Part shown: in pieces, positions 58,001 to 64,000 of the stretch
Position numbering within the stretch: the first letter of the stretch is position 1
Layout of the letters: every line of letters begins with the position of its first letter
Origin: a virus
Direction: 5' to 3' (one strand)
IMG/VR virus record: IMGVR_UViG_3300040856_003015
Span: 1-64,000 of that record
DNA: 64,000 bases
Made by a program: the position numbers and the translations under genes
Notes under the pieces: generated by a model
Databases searched by the model: none
The model's input: the letters and a program-made list of their open reading frames with translations, nothing else
What the model was told of the DNA's origin: nothing

Positions 58001-61000
58001 GTACTTATGATTTAAAGTCGCAACTCTAAATCTTCCAGAGATATCAAATGTTCCGCTAATACTGTAATTATTAATATATGCAGTCACCGATTCACCAACT
58101 TCAAAAGTTCCAGAAATCATTTCAATTTCTATCAATTTATTAAAACAGTAATCAGATACATTAACATTATCAAAGAATGGATATACCTTAGTGAAAGGTT
58201 TCATTCTTCTAGCAATAAATTCAATGTTTCTGGATCTCATATAATTTATGAGTTCCCTACTAACTATACGTTCACCTAAAGATTCTGTGTTTATTTCTTC
58301 ATTTACGGTATATTGAGTACCTGATCTAGATTGATCTAAGCCAACGTTTAAAAATTCATTCGTAGTTGTAACAGTTGTAGTTGTAGTTCCAGAAGTCTCT
58401 GTTCCAACTGTAAATGTATTTGGGACTCCTCCTGAAGGAACTTCCCCTACAAACTGGGCAAACTCTGCATCATTACCTTGTCTAGAACCTGTGTTAGTAA
58501 AATTTGATGTTGATGATGATGAATTTACTTCTGTTCTAACATTTACATCAATTCCAGTCGTTTCCCAAGAATCCCAAATTACTGGACTTACGCCAGTCCT
58601 GGATCCATCATTATTATCAGTTATTTCTGCTTGTAAAGATTCTGCTACACCTGTGAAAGAACCTTCCATCACAACATTATTTGGTTCAATTATTGTAGTG
58701 TCTATCCAAACATCTACAGTAGGGTTCAATTCTATAGAACCTTCATATAAGGTGACAAAATAAGGGGTTACGTTTTCAGTTCTAGTTGCAAATGGTTGTC
58801 TTAACCAAGACACTTCAGTATAATCTAATGTAATTATATCTCCAGAACGTTTTATATTTGATCCAATAATACTTTCGTATCTATAGTCCGAATCCGACAC
58901 AGAAAGTGGATTGTTTAGTACATCGTTACTCGCAATTTGTAACTTTATATCTGTTGTATAGTGTGATGGTCTTAATAGTCCTCTTTTAACATCAATACTA
59001 TTTTTAATACCAATAGGGAATTGTGTTAATAAAGATGTGAAATTATCTACAAAAAAACCAGATTTAAATCTATTAAGTCCTGTTCCATCATCAACAAATA
59101 ATGTTTCAGTTTTTGTCTCTAATAGAGATAGAGAAGTTGTTCGTTCTAGTCTATTAAGTCTACTTTCAATTTTTGCGATATCTTTCATCTGATATCTTTT
59201 ATAACTTACAAAATCAATTATTGCGTCTTTAGTTGAGTACAAATATGGAGGCAAATATATATTAGCAATATTCATTGATCCAGATAAGACATCTGGTAAT
59301 TTTGGATCATCAGATGCTACTCCATTTTTAACTGAAAATGTGCCATCCCTATTTAAATATATTCTATCATATCTAGGAAGATAGTATGAATAACCCAATG
59401 TTAATGGATCAGAGTTAGATATTATATGTTTTGAACTATGATTTGATCCAGAAAAATCTCTACCATCAAATTCAAAAGGTGATCTTGACCCAACAGATAC
59501 CGAATAATCTTTTACTCTAGGTCTTAAATCTATTATATCAGTTACTCTTATAGATTTTATTGTTGGTATTTCATTTGCGTAATCAAATGAATTATAGGAT
59601 TCTTTAGTTGTTATGTCACCAGAATCAGATCCATCATAGTATCCCCTCATATAATAAACTTTCAATTTTTTAGATGATGGAGAAGTGGAAGGATTTCTAA
59701 TTAATTTTGAATAATCATAATAAGATGGTTTTTGTCCATTGTATAAAGAATATTTTGAGGTTACATTTACACTAATTTCAGTTACTGACCCAATATTTGC
59801 AGAAACATTAGATCTTTCAAAATCTATTATTTCACCCAAAGAAAATCTATTTTCATTCAAATATATAAACCCTATAGAAGTATCACTCTTCTTTTCTATA
59901 AATATTCCTCTTGCTTTACTAAATCTACCTTGGAAATATTCTCCTATAATCAAGTCATTAGTTGTTGAAGTTGCTCCTGTCATAGATGATAAAGATGTTA
60001 CAGGAGGCTCAGGATCATTTACATTTTTTGATTCGAATATGCCGTATATTAGATTAATATCTGGTTTATTAAGACATATTTGCGAATCTTGAGTTCTTGT
60101 CCCATAAGGATAATCACCATATATTAATCCATCTTCCAATGTCGTTGAGCCTATTCCAGATGAAGGATTATTTGATTTATTAATTATTAAAGATTCAACT
60201 ATAACTTTATTTTTTGTTTTTGATGTTAAATTAGATTTTCTAATAGTTGTTATTAAGCGAGAACCAGTATCATTAGAACCTAAATTATCTATTCTTAATT
60301 TTGTAGATCCGTCAATAAATGTAAATTTATCATCAGTTAAATTTTCTAATTGACCATTACTTCTAATTAATGTATATCTTTCTTCATCAAATGGTAGAAA
60401 AATTTCATCAACCCCAGCAGATATAACTCCAGTAGAATTTGAAGTTATATCCACAGAAAATTCCTTTCTTATTGTTATTTGTGATTCTGTTAAATCAATT
60501 TCACTAATATTTGCTTTTGGAAGAGCACTAAATAAACCGTTATTATCTGAAGGATTTCCTGTATATTCGGTTTCGGATAACTTGGTTTCTAATATATTAA
60601 AATCACTAACGGTTATCTGTGAAGGAGGTAATATACCATAGTTTACACCGGAGATACTTTGTATTTCTATTAATTCTATTTCTTTTGATGTGGTGTTTAC
60701 TGATGTTACTTTCGAATATGTTATTGTACTTATTCCTGGAGATGAAAAACTTACTATATCACCAGATTTTACTTTATTTGATATATTTTCTGTAACCGTT
60801 GCAGTAGATGCTGTCCCAACTTTTGGTGATATTGTTGCAGAACCTATTTTTACTTTTATCTTTTGTACTGTATCACAATTAAATTTCTTACTTCCAGATG
60901 ATGAATATATTGACTTTACATCTGATATGCCATAGTTTTTAACATCACTTATAACTCTTTTTGATTCGCTATCTGAAACATCACCTTCAAATAATATTAC

Positions 61001-62566
61001 TTCTTTATCCGAAAATTTACCATTTACTTGATAAACAGTAATAGTTGATGACGAACTAACATTAGATTTTAAGTGACCAGTTGCTCCGGTTTGTTGTCCT
61101 GTTACATACACTGGTGTATTAAGTGTTACTGGAGAATTCAGTGTAATTACACTATACATTTGTATATCAAATACACTTAAATTCCATAAATTAGTATTTA
61201 AATTATTTGGAGAATATGACCCATTTTCTAGGTAGAAATCATATGCTCTAGCTACACCAATTTCATTCCCAGATGCAACGGATTGATCTGAACCAGTTCT
61301 AGAATCTCTTAGTGATAGGATTGACGAAGTGTTAAATCCAAATTCTGGAGATCCATAAACCCTATTTACATTAAATTGTGGTCCAAAATCAAAATTTATT
61401 GCCTGATAATCTATTTTTTTAGTTGTTCTTGGTTTTAATACATCTAAAAATACTGGAGAAAATGTTTCTACTTCATAACCCTTAACATATGCTTTACCAG
61501 CAGAAATTTTATATAAAGCTAATTCTGGTTTGGGTGTTGAACCGGATTGAGTTTTTTCATTTTTTGAATGTATACCACCATTTCCAAACCCACTATTTAA
61601 ACTCTCCTTTAACGAAACATTAAAAGATTTCACATAGTAATCTCCAGACTCATCATTAGTTCTTCTAGCAAACTCATCCATTATAAAAGAATATTCTGTT
61701 TTAGATTTTTTATCCCTTATAACACCATCTTTTATTGTAGTTAAAAGAATAAAATTCTTATCTTCAAAATCATCAATATCTTTTTTTGCTAACTGTGTGG
61801 AGATTTTGAGTCTATCTGCCCCAGGAGCGGAAAAATTATTAAATCCTCTAGCATTATCTGTCAGAGATTCATCTTCATAGTAATTAACTATTGATTCTTC
61901 AACTAATAATCCAACTCTACAACTAGGAGTATTACTATATTGACTCAATACTACTATATCATCATATACTTTTACGAAATGTCCTCTAATATAATAAATT
62001 CCTTCTGTTATACCAAACCCAGATCCTATAGAATTGCAATTTAAATTTATAGTTGAAAAAATACCTTCTCCTGGAGATATGAAAACATTGGAAGAAATCT
62101 CTACGGATTTTGTAGTTTCAATTATTTCATTGTCAATAAATTGTGATTTAGATCCATCTGTTGAAGAATTTATATAGTCAATATAAATTGTTATATTATT
62201 TCTTTCAGATTCGTTTGCATTCAATATTTTTATTATTTTTGCAGTAACACCAGAAGATCTACCTTTTACGACTAGACCAATCAGTTTATCTGTATATGAA
62301 CTTACTGGTATGCCACCAAAAAAAGAATTAATCTCTATACAATTAAAATTTTTAATGTATGTTGTTTGACCGGGTATTACTACAGAACCTTCCTTAAAAA
62401 TGTGGTCGCCAAAGTTTTCGATTTGGTTTTGCAAAATGGACTGAATATTATTCAGTTCCCTTGCTTGTACAGGATATGAGGGTTTGAATAAAACCCTATA
62501 AAAATTTTTATCGGAATCAAAGTCATCATAATATGGTGATACATTGAGATTTGTTTCTTGAGGCAT
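55022..62566 (-). CDS. Very large virion structural protein (DUF4815/VrlC-like)
   Basis: MPQETNLNVSPYYDDF, VQARELN, APGADRLKI, RFKSGFFVDNF, DPLAQSF; follows gp8. Confidence 0.85.
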   Translation of the reverse strand: MPQETNLNVSPYYDDFDSDKNFYRVLFKPSYPVQARELNNIQSILQNQIENFGDHIFKEGSVVIPGQTTYIKNFNCIEINSFFGGIPVSSYTDKLIGLVVKGRSSGVTAKIIKILNANESERNNITIYIDYINSSTDGSKSQFIDNEIIETTKSVEISSNVFISPGEGIFSTINLNCNSIGSGFGITEGIYYIRGHFVKVYDDIVVLSQYSNTPSCRVGLLVEESIVNYYEDESLTDNARGFNNFSAPGADRLKISTQLAKKDIDDFEDKNFILLTTIKDGVIRDKKSKTEYSFIMDEFARRTNDESGDYYVKSFNVSLKESLNSGFGNGGIHSKNEKTQSGSTPKPELALYKISAGKAYVKGYEVETFSPVFLDVLKPRTTKKIDYQAINFDFGPQFNVNRVYGSPEFGFNTSSILSLRDSRTGSDQSVASGNEIGVARAYDFYLENGSYSPNNLNTNLWNLSVFDIQMYSVITLNSPVTLNTPVYVTGQQTGATGHLKSNVSSSSTITVYQVNGKFSDKEVILFEGDVSDSESKRVISDVKNYGISDVKSIYSSSGSKKFNCDTVQKIKVKIGSATISPKVGTASTATVTENISNKVKSGDIVSFSSPGISTITYSKVTSVNTTSKEIELIEIQSISGVNYGILPPSQITVSDFNILETKLSETEYTGNPSDNNGLFSALPKANISEIDLTESQITIRKEFSVDITSNSTGVISAGVDEIFLPFDEERYTLIRSNGQLENLTDDKFTFIDGSTKLRIDNLGSNDTGSRLITTIRKSNLTSKTKNKVIVESLIINKSNNPSSGIGSTTLEDGLIYGDYPYGTRTQDSQICLNKPDINLIYGIFESKNVNDPEPPVTSLSSMTGATSTTNDLIIGEYFQGRFSKARGIFIEKKSDTSIGFIYLNENRFSLGEIIDFERSNVSANIGSVTEISVNVTSKYSLYNGQKPSYYDYSKLIRNPSTSPSSKKLKVYYMRGYYDGSDSGDITTKESYNSFDYANEIPTIKSIRVTDIIDLRPRVKDYSVSVGSRSPFEFDGRDFSGSNHSSKHIISNSDPLTLGYSYYLPRYDRIYLNRDGTFSVKNGVASDDPKLPDVLSGSMNIANIYLPPYLYSTKDAIIDFVSYKRYQMKDIAKIESRLNRLERTTSLSLLETKTETLFVDDGTGLNRFKSGFFVDNFTSLLTQFPIGIKNSIDVKRGLLRPSHYTTDIKLQIASNDVLNNPLSVSDSDYRYESIIGSNIKRSGDIITLDYTEVSWLRQPFATRTENVTPYFVTLYEGSIELNPTVDVWIDTTIIEPNNVVMEGSFTGVAESLQAEITDNNDGSRTGVSPVIWDSWETTGIDVNVRTEVNSSSSTSNFTNTGSRQGNDAEFAQFVGEVPSGGVPNTFTVGTETSGTTTTTVTTTNEFLNVGLDQSRSGTQYTVNEEINTESLGERIVSRELINYMRSRNIEFIARRMKPFTKVYPFFDNVNVSDYCFNKLIEIEMISGTFEVGESVTAYINNYSISGTFDISGRFRVATLNHKYGPYNNPTDVYDRNPFDRDNVLSTEYNQTSTILNIDTFSLSEEVNSDFFGYVGVDMVIYGESSGAQAIVTNVDLVTDRVGTLIGSYRVPNNRIEESPRFETGRSRFRLTSSSTNSQVPGVVTTYAEETFYSQGDSDISQATTLSLRNARVEVDTSFVETKSLSDEAIIDSTTTVSSSTNSNTRLTGEYRDPLAQSFIVDDETGIFVTKVDIYFRTKDESLPVTVQIREIELGIPSQKILAFSEVELTPDKVNLSEDASVATSFIFPSPVYLEGQREYAIIIISNSNEYNLWISRLGEPDIATLENEQNQILVTTQRLLGSLFKSQNASTWTPSQYEDLTFNLFRADFKSSGFTQFFNQNLPDTFGLMRENPLLIESQKVKVSLSSTVTSSIDFGTRIIQSPVGFATAQGVLVGYGGSATGTLQVINAGIGFTPSSGTYTYTNVDLKNINSDGLNAKATIIIENGSASSATITNGGSGYSIGDLLEPVSIGNNNLGVGMILSVSEIEGYNQLIIDKVQGEFKESGTDKIQYVNNSNQVVDLNGTSIYINSPVKKLTDGVHIKVFHRNHGMYSESNFVTIKNVETDINSSKLTSDYLSSSTDALPVSDTSDFETFENLGVSVLNPGYVIINKEIIEYTGVTATTLTGITRGVDSTTPVKHFNEDLVRKYELGGISLRRINTDHDLSNVDTNIKDKIGVNHYYVKIDTGTRTDLKFNETKEVGGKSCIASYNIPFNAVNPNIKAISPTNTSIKYEINTVTGTTIGGNEVSFVDAGAQNIENISINYFDTPRLIASPINQVEWLDDVSFNKSISLNTYFTTLDSRVSPAIDLSQTDVVLISNVISDNTIDYVNDYRVNTLYEDPHLFQYVTNLINLEVPASGLKVIFDAYINIDSNVRVLYSIGDSQVFTLFPGYSNINADGSIIDFSQNNGTTDKFISKTDHNTFNPLPVEYIEHEYTIDNLTSFKSYRIKIVGTSSNSSFVPIIKNLRAIALGSI

Positions 62567-62571
62567 GATGT

Positions 62572-64000
62572 TTAAAATTGAAGTATAACTTTAATAAGTT
62601 CTTTCTGATTTAAAGACCTAGTTATTGGAGGTCTATTGTCAACATACACTATATTTCCAGAATATTTTTTAACTTCTGGATTCGCAATTCCATTATTAAA
62701 AACCTGGCCTAAATTATATGTTTTATTATTTATTTGAAGAGATGACCCATCAAATGAGTTATCTATTTGCAAAGTCACGGTGCCATTATTTCCAACAATA
62801 TTTAAAGATCCTCCTGCATTGGGGTTTGATGTAAATTGGATAGGATTGAATCCATAATCCGGTGTTGTATCTAATGTATCATCATAGTTTATACCATAAA
62901 GATGTCTATCCTGCCAATACTTTAATACTCCAGTTAGCTTATTGTAAGATATAACTCTACCTACCGCAGTAGAACCAGTCCCAACTGTTTGATAAATTAA
63001 ACTATTTTGGTCAAATGAAACAATATTATATTCAGTTCCTTTAAGTTTTAGAGCACCAACTGCACTTGATTTGTCTAAATCCAATAAATCTGTAGAATCA
63101 TATGCCTGAGGATTTTCAATTATTCCTATTCTTGAAACTTTATTTTCTAAAATAAAATCCGGATTTTCTAAATCATTTTCAATATTAGAAAATATCATAA
63201 CATTATAAGCACCTAGATCTTTGTATATATCAAATCCATGTCCGTCTTTTGGTGGAATTATTACTTTAAATTTTGGTGCAATATTTATTGGAAATCCTGC
63301 AGATTTATAATCTAATATTCCATAAGTATACCCAGATCCTCCATTAGTTACTACAACGCTATCAACTCTAGAGTCATTTCCAATAATTATTGAAGCTTCT
63401 CCATTTATACCATCACCCTTTATAGGAATATTTGTATAAATTGAATTAGCAGTTCCTAAACCAACTCCCCTATTTTCTATTAAAATAACTTTTAATTGTC
63501 CCGATGTTTGAGCATTTGTTCTTACTGCAGAGGTATCAATATTAGTCTCCCATGAATCTGGTATTGGTATATAATCTTTAGAATCAAATTTTACGATATC
63601 ACTTGGTTTTATTGTAAAGAGATATTTCCATATGTATCCATCTCCACTTAACCCAGCAGATTTTGGTTCTAAATCAGTAAATCTAGGTTGATCTAAAGAT
63701 GGTCTCCCCTCGGGGTGTTCTGGGTCTGTTCCATTATTTAAACACATATAAACTCTATAATCTTCATTTAACACATAAAAATTTGATGCGTATAAATTAG
63801 TTGCTTTTGAATAATTTGAAACGTTTGTTCTACTAATATCATGTCTATACATGTCATACACAGTTTCTTCAGACCATGTAATTTTTCTAATTACATGTCT
63901 AACATCAGATGCTGTTATTTTTTTTAATGATATGATAGTCTCCCAGAATTTATTTTGTTCATCCAGGTTGTCTTTTGGGGATGGTGGAGTAACATTCCAA
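62572..64000 (-). CDS. gp8: Baseplate wedge subunit (5' end outside window)
   Basis: YDMYRHD, YRVYMCLNNG, DGYIWKYLFTI, IIPPKDGHG, YVDNRPPITR; frame stays open past 63861 to the window edge. Confidence 0.88.
   Translation of the reverse strand, partial: WNVTPPSPKDNLDEQNKFWETIISLKKITASDVRHVIRKITWSEETVYDMYRHDISRTNVSNYSKATNLYASNFYVLNEDYRVYMCLNNGTDPEHPEGRPSLDQPRFTDLEPKSAGLSGDGYIWKYLFTIKPSDIVKFDSKDYIPIPDSWETNIDTSAVRTNAQTSGQLKVILIENRGVGLGTANSIYTNIPIKGDGINGEASIIIGNDSRVDSVVVTNGGSGYTYGILDYKSAGFPINIAPKFKVIIPPKDGHGFDIYKDLGAYNVMIFSNIENDLENPDFILENKVSRIGIIENPQAYDSTDLLDLDKSSAVGALKLKGTEYNIVSFDQNSLIYQTVGTGSTAVGRVISYNKLTGVLKYWQDRHLYGINYDDTLDTTPDYGFNPIQFTSNPNAGGSLNIVGNNGTVTLQIDNSFDGSSLQINNKTYNLGQVFNNGIANPEVKKYSGNIVYVDNRPPITRSLNQKELIKVILQF

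Noticed and set aside
1-64000. tRNA, rRNA or CRISPR loci
   Set aside because: Intergenic gaps are short and none showed cloverleaf or repeat-spacer patterns by eye; tRNAscan/Infernal not run

Overview
AT-rich segment of a T4-like myovirus of the cyanophage (Kyanoviridae-like) type. The host is inferred from gene content and order only; no photosynthesis genes lie in the window. Almost all genes are on the minus strand. Read right to left they are: baseplate gp8, a 2514-aa virion protein, neck/tail gp13-15, terminase gp16 and gp17 separated by a glycosyltransferase/FkbM island, gp18-23, gp3, uvsY, uvsW, gp55, gp47/46, a CobT/CobS-like pair, gp45/44/62, regA, hsp20, gp43, uvsX, gp41, mazG, late accessory genes, gp61 and nrdA. 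Highlights: (1) gp43 is broken in two by an HNH gene with no intron or intein, and each half carries a new amphipathic helix at the break, suggesting splice-free reassembly through helical adaptors. (2) uvsX is fractured by a split intein around an antisense HNH gene, with a second, related mini-intein only 11 residues downstream; the IntC-peptide-IntN order would allow exon skipping or peptide cyclisation. (3) A -1 frameshift signal (A AAA AAG plus 10-bp hairpin) joins two late ORFs. (4) Homing endonuclease genes have TATAAATA late promoters, two of them in hairpin loops. (5) An ART-like protein starts with a near-exact T4 capsid-targeting sequence. All family calls come from motif recognition by eye; no database searches were run.
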